A stretch of 64,000 bases of DNA from an uncultured Acidobacteriota bacterium (GTDB taxonomy: Bacteria > Acidobacteriota > Polarisedimenticolia > J045), in contig CAVPCQ010000032.1 of the NCBI GenBank assembly GCA_963702425.1, forward strand, positions 64,001 through 128,000. Direction: 5' to 3'. This document shows positions 19,009-28,742 of the stretch, one piece after another; the stretch's first letter is position 1; every line of letters begins with the position of its first letter. Below the pieces are notes generated by a model. It was given only the letters and a program-made list of their open reading frames with translations, did not search any database and was not told where the DNA came from. The position numbers and the translations under genes are program-made.

Positions 19009-21978
19009 TCAGTTGATCGGCAACAGCTTGTTCTCGGGCTTCCCGAACGGCGCTTCGACGCTCGTGCCGTTCTGGAGATCGAGCATGTGGCGATAGACGA
19101 CGTTCTCCCACCACTCCCCCATGCTTCCGAGAGCTTGGAATGTGGCGCGCAGGCGATCCGCGCTGGCCACCTCCGTGCCGGCCGAAAAGACCTCCGGATG
19201 CTCCCCGATGTGCGTCTGGATCGCCATCTGCTCGGCTCGGATCGGGTGGGCTGCCTGCTGGACGAGGTTCAACTCGGCGTCGAGCGCGTCCGTGTACGGC
19301 TTCACCTTGGAGTCGTAGGCGGCCTGCGCCGCGGCTTTCCCGACGGGAGCCGCCGTCTGCAGTGCCGCGAAGGCGCTCGTGATCGCCGGCTTATGCGTGT
19401 TCCAGAGACCCGCGGCTTTGACGTTCCAGAACGGTAATAGCGACGTGTTGTAGTGCTCCTTGATCAGGCCGAGCAGCTTCAGGTACCGCAGGTAGAACTG
19501 GTAGTTAGGGCTCTTCGGGTCCTTCGTGGACGGTCCGAACAGCCGATCCGCCGCGGGGGCGACGCTGAGCGTGTACTGCTGCCAGAGCTGTGCCTTGAGC
19601 GCCGCCGGCGAACCCTGGGCCCTGACGACATCCACCTGCTTGTACGGCAAGTCAACCCCCGACATGAACGCGTCCGCCATCAGTTCGCCGGAGAACCGGG
19701 GCTCCGTGCCGGACTTCGCCGGTGCCCCCTTCTCGCCTTCCTCGTCGAGCTGGTTCCACTCGCCGCGCATCGATGCGACGTCCGCTGCCGGATAGCGGAC
19801 GATCGAGTCGTTGTTGACGAGGAACGTCGGCAGCCCGTCGCCCGTGATCAGCAGGCCCACGTGCACCGGCATGACGGTGTAGCGGAAGCGCAGTCTCAGT
19901 CTCGGGTGGTCGCGCATCAGCGATAGGATGTAGGCCATGCGCAGGGCGTAGACCCCGCAGTCGTGGATCAGGCGGCCGGCGAGGTCGCGCGGGAACGTCC
20001 TCGTCAGGAGGTTGTCCCCGAAGTCCTCGATGTTGTACGGCGTGTGTGTGGTGAAGACGCGCAGGTACCGTTCCAGGAGGCCCATGACCGCAACGAGCGC
20101 CTTCTCGCGACCCTCGACTGCCTCGTGCTGCTCGAACTTTGCGACCACGAACCGTCTCCAGTCGTCGTCGTTGTGCAGCCGCAGACCCGCCGTACCGAGC
20201 GTCGCGATCGCCGCGGCGTTCTCCTTCGTCTCCGACGTGAGATTCCCCCGGTCGTCTTTCTGTAGTCCGTAGATTTCTTCGATCAGGTGGATCTGCCGCC
20301 GCCGGGCAAGGAACACGCCAGCGAAATCGGACGACATCTCCGAGGCGAGTTCGGGGAGCTGCTCCAGGTCGTAGAACTGCACCTTGACCGAGCGCTTCGC
20401 CCGCGCCGCCTGGGTTCTGGCCAGTGCGTCGAAGTGTACGCCGCCCCCCTTCTTGAACTCGGAGCGCGTGGTCTTGACGGCCACGCCGCCGGCATGCCGG
20501 CTCTTGTCCGCGGGCTCGATCAACGGCAAGAGGCGGCTCTCGAGCCGGTCCTTCGCGGTGGCCAGCATCGCGCCGCCACGCCCGGCCGCGAGATCGTCGA
20601 CGGCTTGGTCCAGGACGACCTGATACGCCGACTGGATGCCCTCGAAGGCTTCGCGCATCAGCCGGACCAGTTCCGCGGCGTAGACGGAGATGGTCTGGTC
20701 ACGCTGGATGAAGTAGTTGTCGAGGGCTGCCGCGCGCTTTGCGGCGTCCTTCTCGATTTCCGCCGCACTCAGCGAGAAGCGCTCCCGCAGGAGCTGGCCG
20801 AGCAGGAGCAACAGCCCGTCGAGCGCCTTCAGCGCCCCCGCGCCGCCCGTCTCCGGAATCCGACCGAGCAGCCGCTCCAGGAGAGCCTCCCACGTGAAGA
20901 TCTCCCGGGAGTAGCCGCGATTGAAGCCCGGCGAGATCGACTTCTCGCGATTCACACCCCAGCGCCGGAGCCGCTCGGATTCGGCGTCCAGCCCGAGGAG
21001 GATCATCCGGCTGGACATCTCCGCCACCAGGGCGTTGGAGGGCGTCGCCAGCGGGAGCCGGTCGGTGTTGGCCGCCAGGAACTCCTCGAGCCGTGACTTG
21101 GTCTCGGGGACCGCTCCCCGGTCGATCGCCTCGCACAGCGCAACGAGTTTCTCGAGGAGCGGAACCGACTCCGGGATGATCTGACTCCGGACGATCGTGA
21201 TGATCTGGCGCCGCTCTGCCGCGAGCGCGTCGATCGCCTCCTGATGGAACGGCCTGGCCGGCGCAACCGCTGCGGTCGCCGGCGCCCGCTGCAGGCCAGT
21301 GGCCGTGGAGCCGCCTCCGAGCATCGGCTTTTCGCCGCGCAGTACGCATGCCGCCGCGCCGTCGGCCTCGGCCTCGGATCGATCGTCCGGCCGGCTGATC
21401 CGGTCGACGATGGGCGTGTTCCCACCGGAACCGCTTCCACACTGTTGAATGACGTGCGCGAACTCGTGGGCGATCACGTGTCGCGCGAGCTCCGAGTCCG
21501 GGCGGTCAGCCTGTGCGCCGAAGACCACGTGGCTCCCGACGGTGTAGGCCGGGGCGTCCACGGACCGCGCGGAGGCGCTCGACCGGGCGTCGTCGTGGAC
21601 GCGCACGTGACCGAAACCGCGCCCGAAGCGTGGCTCGAAGAAGGCGCGGGTGGCCGCGTCCACCGGGCGGCCGGGCGAAGCGAGGACATCGCGGACGACG
21701 CGTGGAATCGGCTGGCCCTCGGCCTGCGGGCCCGAATGCACGGCGATCTGACCGAAATCGTGGCCAGTCCGGTTCGAGATTCCTGCGACCGAGCCAACCG
21801 GAGGTTCTTCCGCCGCGTCTCGTCCTGATCGCCCTACTTTCTCCTGTCCGATCGCGTGCCTTGGGTGAAGGACCTGGTGCGGTTCCGGGGTTCGCCCAGG
21901 GAGCGCCGAAGAGAGTTCCGCGGACTTGGCCGACGGCACGGGTTGCGTCGCTTTCGATCCCTTTGCGAGAGCATGCAT
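19009..21978 (-). CDS. DUF4157 (eCIS core domain) protein with putative transglutaminase/papain-like C-terminal effector domain
   Basis: FFEPRFGRGFGHVRVH, AYTVGSHVVF, AHEFAHVIQQ, LQR linker; C-terminal HDCGVYA...PVHVGL...VNND; GGAGG RBS before ATG 21978. Confidence 0.8.
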   Translation of the reverse strand: MHALAKGSKATQPVPSAKSAELSSALPGRTPEPHQVLHPRHAIGQEKVGRSGRDAAEEPPVGSVAGISNRTGHDFGQIAVHSGPQAEGQPIPRVVRDVLASPGRPVDAATRAFFEPRFGRGFGHVRVHDDARSSASARSVDAPAYTVGSHVVFGAQADRPDSELARHVIAHEFAHVIQQCGSGSGGNTPIVDRISRPDDRSEAEADGAAACVLRGEKPMLGGGSTATGLQRAPATAAVAPARPFHQEAIDALAAERRQIITIVRSQIIPESVPLLEKLVALCEAIDRGAVPETKSRLEEFLAANTDRLPLATPSNALVAEMSSRMILLGLDAESERLRRWGVNREKSISPGFNRGYSREIFTWEALLERLLGRIPETGGAGALKALDGLLLLLGQLLRERFSLSAAEIEKDAAKRAAALDNYFIQRDQTISVYAAELVRLMREAFEGIQSAYQVVLDQAVDDLAAGRGGAMLATAKDRLESRLLPLIEPADKSRHAGGVAVKTTRSEFKKGGGVHFDALARTQAARAKRSVKVQFYDLEQLPELASEMSSDFAGVFLARRRQIHLIEEIYGLQKDDRGNLTSETKENAAAIATLGTAGLRLHNDDDWRRFVVAKFEQHEAVEGREKALVAVMGLLERYLRVFTTHTPYNIEDFGDNLLTRTFPRDLAGRLIHDCGVYALRMAYILSLMRDHPRLRLRFRYTVMPVHVGLLITGDGLPTFLVNNDSIVRYPAADVASMRGEWNQLDEEGEKGAPAKSGTEPRFSGELMADAFMSGVDLPYKQVDVVRAQGSPAALKAQLWQQYTLSVAPAADRLFGPSTKDPKSPNYQFYLRYLKLLGLIKEHYNTSLLPFWNVKAAGLWNTHKPAITSAFAALQTAAPVGKAAAQAAYDSKVKPYTDALDAELNLVQQAAHPIRAEQMAIQTHIGEHPEVFSAGTEVASADRLRATFQALGSMGEWWENVVYRHMLDLQNGTSVEAPFGKPENKLLPIN

Positions 21979-22171
21979 GGCCACTCTCCTCCGCTTCCAT
22001 CGACGGGCGCTCGTCGGCCTGCCAGAGGATACGCCCGAAATCCGTGGCGTCATGGACCGTGCCATCTCTTGCCGGCGCGCTCGCTGACCGCTGCCTGTCG
22101 CCGCGTCGCCGGACCATTGACCGCTCGCTGGACCGGTGGGATGCTCTGCTTCGGAGTGCGAGGAGTCGCTC

Positions 22172-23272
22172 ATGTCGTATGTGGGGACGCCATTCGAGCA
22201 CGACCTCTTCGTGACATACAGCCACGGTGACGACGGCACCGGCAAGGGTTTCCTGCAGCCTTGGTCCGCCGCGTTCGCCCGTGAGCTCGAGGCCGAGCTG
22301 CGGGCCGACCGGACCTACCGTCAAGCGCTCCGGGTCTTCCTGGACGCCGACCTGCGGCCGGGTCACGGCGTGGATCCGCTCGCGCCGCTGACCGACCAAC
22401 TGCGCGATCAGATCGGCGGAGCGGCGCTGCTCGTGAGCCTGATGTCGCCCGACTACCTCGCGTCGACGTGGTGCGCCCGGGAACGCGACTGGTGGTGTGA
22501 ACGGCAGCAACAGCTCGGACTTCCGACCGACGAGCGGATCGCCGTGGTCCGCATCTGGCCGACGAAGGACCCGTGGCCGGCGGCTCTCTGTGATGCGCGC
22601 GGGGAACAGCTCCCGGGCTTCAAGTTCTTCGAGGAGTCTGCGGGTGCACCGCGTCCGCTGGGATGGGCTGATCTCCCGGGAACGTTCACCAGCGAGGCAC
22701 GCAAGGCCTTGCTGACCATCGTCGGACGCCTCTACACGAAGCTCGACGCGATGAAGCAGCGTGCCGAAGCATTGCGCCAGATCGACGCGAATGCCGAACG
22801 GCTGCAGCAGAAGAAGGACCTGGCCATCTACCTGCATGGCCGGGACGACCGCCGCCAGGCCTGGGACCACGCCGCGAGAACGCTGCTCGACGGTGGCTAC
22901 GCCGTTGTCCCCGGAGAGCCGGACCCTGTCGGCGAGACTCCGGAAGCCCTGCTCGAGCTGCGGGAGCGGCGCGTCGAGATACTCGCCGACTGCGATGCAC
23001 TGCTGCTGCTGGGAACCGACGACGGCCGCGCCCTGGACGCGGATCTCGTCACGGTCGGACGGCACGATCGCCAGTCGGCGCGCGCCAGAAGCCAGCGCCT
23101 GCTGCCGTGCGGCGTGCTCGACACCGTCGGACCGCCCGTCGCGACGGCGGTCCGCAAGGCCAGTGCGCGGATCGTGCAGGCCGACTGGCTCGACGGCACC
23201 TGTCCTCCCTGGACACCGCAGGTCCAGCAGTGGCTCGCGGAGCGGGGCGCCGAAGCGGCGAGGCTTCGCTGA
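22172..23272 (+). CDS. TIR domain protein with a second Rossmann-like domain
   Basis: HDLFVTYSHGD, VFLD, SPDYLASTWCARE (catalytic Glu position); C-terminal IYLHG...ADCDALLLLG. Confidence 0.75.
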   Translation: MSYVGTPFEHDLFVTYSHGDDGTGKGFLQPWSAAFARELEAELRADRTYRQALRVFLDADLRPGHGVDPLAPLTDQLRDQIGGAALLVSLMSPDYLASTWCARERDWWCERQQQLGLPTDERIAVVRIWPTKDPWPAALCDARGEQLPGFKFFEESAGAPRPLGWADLPGTFTSEARKALLTIVGRLYTKLDAMKQRAEALRQIDANAERLQQKKDLAIYLHGRDDRRQAWDHAARTLLDGGYAVVPGEPDPVGETPEALLELRERRVEILADCDALLLLGTDDGRALDADLVTVGRHDRQSARARSQRLLPCGVLDTVGPPVATAVRKASARIVQADWLDGTCPPWTPQVQQWLAERGAEAARLR

Positions 23273-25515
23273 TGGAACGGCTGCCCGGCACCGGGGCCGT
23301 ACCTGATGGATCCGCCGCCGGACTACCCCCGCGGCCTTACCCGGGCTTGCGCCCGTTCGAGACCGACGAGTGGCCGGTTTTTTTCGGCCGCGAGCGGATG
23401 GCGGACGAGGTCGTGGCGCGGCTCGTTCGCCAGCGCATCGTGTTCGTCCACGGCGATTCCGGGTGCGGCAAGAGCTCCCTCGTTCGCGCCGGCGTCTTCG
23501 CGCAGCTCCTGAGTGGGAGCGCCGGGGGGCCCTGGCGCACGGCGACCGCGCTGCCGCGGCGGACCCCGCTCTGGAACGTGGCCGCGGCGCTCGCGCGCTT
23601 CGACGATGTCGCAGACGACGACGCGAACGTCTTCGAGTGGCGCCGCGCGCTCAACTTCGGCCGTCACGCCCCGGACGCGCTCACCGAGTTGCGCCGCGGC
23701 CGGGGTGCACCCCAGCCTGCATGCTTGTTGATCGACCAGTTCGAGGAGCTGTTCCAGCACGCTCAACGCGAGGGTCCGGACGAGGCGCAGCGCCTGATCG
23801 AAACGCTCATCGCCTGGCACGAGCGGCCGCCGGAAGGGCTGTACGCCATCCTGACGATGCGCTCGGAGTACCTCGGGGCGTGCGGGCGCTTTCCAGGCTT
23901 CGCCGAGATGGTCAACGCCACCCAGTATCTCCTGCCGCGCATGGATCACGAGGACATGCTGCGCGCGATCCGCGAGCCGGCGCGTCTGTACGACGGCGAA
24001 GTGACCCGCGAGCTTGCCGAGCGGCTGATCGCTGATGCCGGGGGCGGTCAGGACCAGCTTCCGCTGATCCAGCACGGTTTGATGCGGCTCCACCGGCGGC
24101 ACGCCGCGGACACAGCCGGACCGTGGGAACTGGGCCTCGCGGCCTTCCCCGGTTCGGGCGGACTCGCGGGATTGCTGTCCGAACACGCCGACGAGGTGGC
24201 CGCGCAGTGCCGCCCCGCGCTCGCCGCCGTGGGCGCGGAGCGCGCCGTGGAGGACCTGTTCCGGGCGCTGACCGACTGCAACCCCGATGGCCAGCCGATC
24301 CGCCGGCCGCAGACGCTCAAGCAGCTCGCCGAGACGACCGGAACTTCCGAGGCGGTCCTGCGGCCGGTCATCGACGCCTTCCGCGCGGACGGCGTGTCGT
24401 TTCTCACCACCGCGTCCGGTGCGGCGCTCGCGCCGGGCGACCTGATCGACATCGGGCACGAGGCGCTGATCCGCTGCTGGCGCGCGCTGGCCGAGCCATC
24501 CGACGGCTGGCTGGTGCGCGAACTCCGGACCGGACTCGTCTGGCGCTCACTCCTCGTACAGGCCGAGAGCTTCGAGCAGGATCCACGAAACGTGCTCTCC
24601 GCGGCGACGACGGACGAGCGCGAGAGCTGGCTGAAACGGCGCAACAGCCGATGGGCCGAACGCTACGGCGGCGGGTGGGATCGCGTCCAGCGGCTGATTG
24701 ACGCGAGCTGCGCGGCACGCGACCGCGAACGGGCCGAAGCGGCCGCAGCGCTGCGCAAGGCGGGGCGCGAGCGAGCCCTGCGCTGGGGCCTCGCGGTCGC
24801 CGTCGTGTTCGTCCTGGGGCTGGCCCTTGCGCTGTGGACCGCAATGCGCCAGTACCGAGAGAGCCGCATCCAATTCCAGAGAGCCGCGGAGGCGAGCAGC
24901 AGTCGCGACGAACTGAAGAGGGAGACGGACGCTCTGGAAGCCCGGCGTCGCGAGCTGAACCAGCAGCTCGCCCAGTCGGCTGAGGCGCTCGGTCGCGTGC
25001 AGAGAGAGTTGACGCTCGCCGTCAACGAGACCGCCGCGCCCAGCGGCCTCAGGACGAGAATCCTGGACGCCACCAAGGAGCTCGATCAACAGGCCGAGAG
25101 CCTGACGACCGCCGCGAAGGAGCCCCGACCCCTCCCGATTTCCTCCGGCCCGCAAGCCGGCATTCAAGCCACCCTGTACATTCACATCGCCGAGGAATCG
25201 CAACGGCGCAGCGCGATGGCGCTCGAGCGAGCGCTCGAGGCGCTGGCCGGCAAAGAGATCGTCCTGCCCGGCATCGATCTGGTAAAGGACTACCCCTCGA
25301 GGGCCGAGCTGCGCTGCTTCCAGCCCGAGGAGTGCCGCGGCGAGGCGAGGAAGATCCTCGCCATGGTCCAGCGCTCGATCGCGGCGCCGGAGGTGCAGCT
25401 CCGAGACCTGAGCGCCCGTTATGGCAAGGTCGCGGGAGTCCGCCCGCGTCAGTACGAGCTGTGGTTCCCGCCGGGGGAGATCGTGCCTCGGGCGGGGCGG
25501 GGAGGCACGCCTTGA
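23272..25515 (+). CDS. nSTAND1-type P-loop NTPase with TM helix, coiled coil and C-terminal domain
   Basis: PYPGLRPFE..FFGRE, Walker A GDSGCGKSS, LIDQFEELF, LPLIQHGL, HEALIRCW; TM WGLAVAVVFVLGLALALW. Confidence 0.85.
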   Translation: MERLPGTGAVPDGSAAGLPPRPYPGLRPFETDEWPVFFGRERMADEVVARLVRQRIVFVHGDSGCGKSSLVRAGVFAQLLSGSAGGPWRTATALPRRTPLWNVAAALARFDDVADDDANVFEWRRALNFGRHAPDALTELRRGRGAPQPACLLIDQFEELFQHAQREGPDEAQRLIETLIAWHERPPEGLYAILTMRSEYLGACGRFPGFAEMVNATQYLLPRMDHEDMLRAIREPARLYDGEVTRELAERLIADAGGGQDQLPLIQHGLMRLHRRHAADTAGPWELGLAAFPGSGGLAGLLSEHADEVAAQCRPALAAVGAERAVEDLFRALTDCNPDGQPIRRPQTLKQLAETTGTSEAVLRPVIDAFRADGVSFLTTASGAALAPGDLIDIGHEALIRCWRALAEPSDGWLVRELRTGLVWRSLLVQAESFEQDPRNVLSAATTDERESWLKRRNSRWAERYGGGWDRVQRLIDASCAARDRERAEAAAALRKAGRERALRWGLAVAVVFVLGLALALWTAMRQYRESRIQFQRAAEASSSRDELKRETDALEARRRELNQQLAQSAEALGRVQRELTLAVNETAAPSGLRTRILDATKELDQQAESLTTAAKEPRPLPISSGPQAGIQATLYIHIAEESQRRSAMALERALEALAGKEIVLPGIDLVKDYPSRAELRCFQPEECRGEARKILAMVQRSIAAPEVQLRDLSARYGKVAGVRPRQYELWFPPGEIVPRAGRGGTP

Positions 25516-25541
25516 TCTCGTCTCCATCGGACGCCGCATCC

Positions 25542-25672
25542 TGGACCTCCCATGGTTTTCCGGAGACCCCAAAACTCGAGAGGATGGGGTCATGGGAAGA
25601 GCGAGCCAGTTCTCACCTGAGGTCCGGGAGCGCGCGGTCCGGCTGGTTTTGCAGCACCAAGCTGAGCACGAG
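25542..25672 (+). mobile_element. IS3-family remnant (left IR + orfA start)
   Basis: TGGACCTCCCATGGTTTTCCGGAGAC resembles an IS3 IRL; then MGRASQFSPEVRERAVRLVLQH, truncated. Confidence 0.7.
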
Positions 25673-25825
25673 CCGCAGAGGGAATCGCCAACCCATTGCA
25701 TCGCTGTATTCCTGCAGTCTCGCCTGTTCCGGGGATCGGGAAATCACGCCACGTTCGGCTCTTGTTTCCAGCGCCACTCCTCGTATGCTGTATCCGCTAC
25801 GATTCCGTCCTCGGGAGGATCCATC

Positions 25826-26913
25826 GTGAAACCGGAATTCCGCCTCTTCCTCCTGCCCGATTGCGTCGTGAATCCGTCCCCCAAGCCGAAGGCCGGACGG
25901 GCGGTCTTGTCCCTGCTTGGCCTCTTCGCTCCGAAACTCATCGAGCTCGCCATCGGCGGCGTGGCCACCTTGCTCAAGAAGGCTGGTGGCGATCACACCG
26001 TCCACGCTGCTGGCCACGTCTTCTCCAACCTATACATCGCCGACAAGGACCAGGTCCTGCAACCAAACCCTGAGATCGGCTGCCTGCTCGGCGTATTCGG
26101 CGAGTTTCCCGCTTCCGAGTCAAAGGACGCCTCGCGCGATCCCGGCGTCGAACGCATCGTCAAGGCTGGCCTGATTCCGCGAGGCTCCGCAGTCTACGTC
26201 CTCTTCGAAAGCGCCATTCGCCCGACCGCCGATGCAACCGCCTTCTTCCTCGATACGCGCCACATCTCGGTCCGGGAGTTCATCGGCGACGGCATGAAGT
26301 CCGAGCGCGCCTTGGTCGCCACGCTGAACGTCACCGCACCCAGCGCAACCGCCGACGGTGACTCCATCGCCATCGGGAACATCGACTTCGGTCGCGTTAG
26401 CCGCGGTGCCGACCTCATCCCCCGAACCATCCCCTCGACGCCTACCCCCGCTACCAGTCCAACCTCATGCCGTGGGGCAAGATCAACGAGACGTCAAAGT
26501 CCGCCTATGACACGGACTTCGTCGCTGGCAAGGCCGCCGGAAAGGCCTACATGCCCGTGACGTTCCACCTCACCCTCTCGGAGACCTCCGACGGCTCCAA
26601 GTTCCTGCTCGCCCTTGGCGAACTCCTGGAAAATTCCAAGAAGGAGGCCGCGGCCGAGATCGCCAAGAGCGTCCTCCCCGAGGACCGCGCCAAGGCTGAA
26701 GCCGAACGCGCTGCCTCAGCCGAGAAGCTCTACCAGGACGAACTCGACGCCGAAATCGCCGTCCGCGAGGCCCAGAAGGCCCTCGACGCCGCCTCCGATC
26801 CCGCCGACAAGTCCATCAACCGCGCAAAACTCGTTTCGGCCCAACGGAAGCGCGACCGCGCGACCGCGCTCCGCGTGACCGCGGGGCTTCCGGCGCGGGC
26901 CCCGATCCCTTGA
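25826..26913 (+). CDS. hypothetical protein, split by a frameshift at a C-run (26419-26423)
   Basis: GTG start with GGAGG RBS; one extra C joins ...GADLIP to PNHPLDAYPRYQSNLMPW... (ORF 26467..26913); helical/coiled-coil C-terminus. Confidence 0.6.
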
Positions 26914-26988
26914 TGCTTTGCGCATCCTTTGGCGCCGCAAACGTAATCTCTAGGCCGCGCGTGGCGGGCCCCCGCGGCGGGAGGACGC

Positions 26989-27153
26989 ATGCGTGACAGA
27001 GAGCGTCGGCTCACGGCGATCCGGGCGGTCGTCGCACGCGGCGCGGTACGAACGCAGGGGGATCTCTCCTCTCACCTAGCGAAGTCGGGCTTCGAGGTGA
27101 GTCAGTCTACGCTGTGGTTCGCCAAGATCGAATCCACGCGTCGGCATGACTGA
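26989..27153 (+). pseudogene. truncated ArgR-like DNA-binding domain
   Basis: MRDRERRLTAIRAVVARGAVRTQGDLSSHLAKSGFEVSQSTL matches the arginine-repressor winged helix; homology stops near 27114 at an IS remnant. Confidence 0.6.
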
Positions 27154-27189
27154 TGCCTCGGTGTAAGCCGGGGCAGGAGGTACTCGCGA

Positions 27190-28235
27190 TGGCATCGGCG
27201 ACGGTCGCGCCCAACCGCTGGCAAGGATGGCGGCGGAGAGATCGACACCAAGGCACACGCGCTCGGCGACGACGCGGCGGCCGCGGCAGATTGGTCGCGC
27301 GAGAGCGTCAGGCTGCCGGACGCCAGCCGTACCGGTGATGAAGTCCGCCAAGGCGAGGTCGAGCGATGACCTCGGCGGCTGGATCGGGCCTCGTCTCCAC
27401 AGCTCGCATCGCGGGAGCATCCTTCTTCAGGGACAGATGCGTCCGGTCGTCGAGGGTGTACGAGGCGAAGCAGCTCAGAAGGCGCTGCAAGTGTTTCTCG
27501 TTGAGGACGATGACGTGGTCGAGCAGATCGCGGCGTGCGGTGCCTGGTCGTAGGGGAACGCCTCGCGGAGTTGCTGCATGATCCAGGCCGCCGTCGGATG
27601 GCCGGTGACACGGAAGTGCATCAGCGCGCGCCGGGCGTGGTGGACGGCGAAGAAGACTTAGAGCACACGGAACGTGGCGGTGGGGACCGTGAAGAAATCG
27701 ATCTCGGCGATGACCTCGCGGTGGTTGCCGGGGAACGTTCGCCAGCGCTGACGCGCCTCTGGATCGACGGGACGTCGTGGCATGTAGCGGGAGACGGTGC
27801 GCTCGGAGACAACGAAGCCGAGCTTCTGGATCTCGCCGTGGATGCGTGGTGTGCCCCACGACGGATTCGCGGCCGCCATGCGCTGGACGAGAGCGCGGAT
27901 GTCGGTTGTTGTGCTCGGTCGTCCAGCGTGGAGCCGCGATTTCCAGCTCCAGTGCCGTCTGAAGCCCTCGCGATGCCAGCGAATGACGGTTGCGGGCTGA
28001 ACGATCGCGAGCGCCTCCTCCCAGCGAGGCCACCAGCGGCGCAGGGCCAGCCACAGAAGGTGGTCGACCGCGAGAAGGCGGGGCCGGGAGTTCTTCCGCT
28101 GGAGTACGGCAAGGAGGCGGTTGGGCATCCACGCACGATGACGGCGGTAGGGACTGAGGGGAACCGGGCTCGTCCGCGGGCGAGTCAGGTATCCTGGCTA
28201 GGAACGCAACTCTTTGAAGGGCAATGCGGACGGTT
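27190..28235 (-). mobile_element. degenerate integrase-core (rve/DDE) IS transposase, copy 1
   Basis: IVQPATVIRWHREGF, WGTPRIHGE, IDFFTVPT, HVIVLNEKHL, RLGGLHHRY spread over frames with internal deletions. Confidence 0.75.
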
Positions 28236-28485
28236 TATGGTGAGGGACACCCGCTGCGCGAGCGGGGTGACCCAGCCGCCGCGCCTCCCCGGGCTTCCCC
28301 GGCTTCGGCCCAATCTCCGTCCCGCATCCCATCCGCCGGTGCTACCCTGAACCCGTGGCGAAACCCGGACATTACCGGCTATCTGCTACCGCCGCACCGA
28401 AAGCAGCGTCACCATGCCGATTCCGCTGTCCGACGCGGATCGATGTCCGTACACTAGCTGAGCCGTTATGCGAGCTGGAGCCGCG

Positions 28486-28737
28486 ATGAACCGCCCTCTT
28501 TACGTCAACATCCAGCATCTGGTGATGGACGGTATGCCGTTCGACGGTGGACCGAGCGCACCGACAGAATGCGCGGTTGTCTGCCAGCGGACGCGGCTGC
28601 TCGGATACGGCCAAGGTATACCATTGGCACCTGGGGTGCCGCTGGTTGTGGGGCCCTTCATCCATATCGCCGCTCACCGTTCCTCCACCGCGATGCGAAC
28701 CGGTATCGCGCCACGCGTCCATCAGTTGAGGGTCTGA
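28486..28737 (+). CDS. small hypothetical protein, N-terminus like eCIS ORF 10066..10374 (possibly degenerate)
   Basis: LYVNIQHLVMDGMP versus LSLAIGELVLHGVP; directly upstream of a DUF4157 gene. Confidence 0.4.
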   Translation: MNRPLYVNIQHLVMDGMPFDGGPSAPTECAVVCQRTRLLGYGQGIPLAPGVPLVVGPFIHIAAHRSSTAMRTGIAPRVHQLRV

Positions 28738-28742
28738 CCGCG

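Noticed and set aside
22049-22064. Possible sigma54 promoter for the DUF4157 gene (minus strand TGGCAC-GGTCC-ATGAC)
   Set aside because: The -12 GC is replaced by GA; too weak to call.
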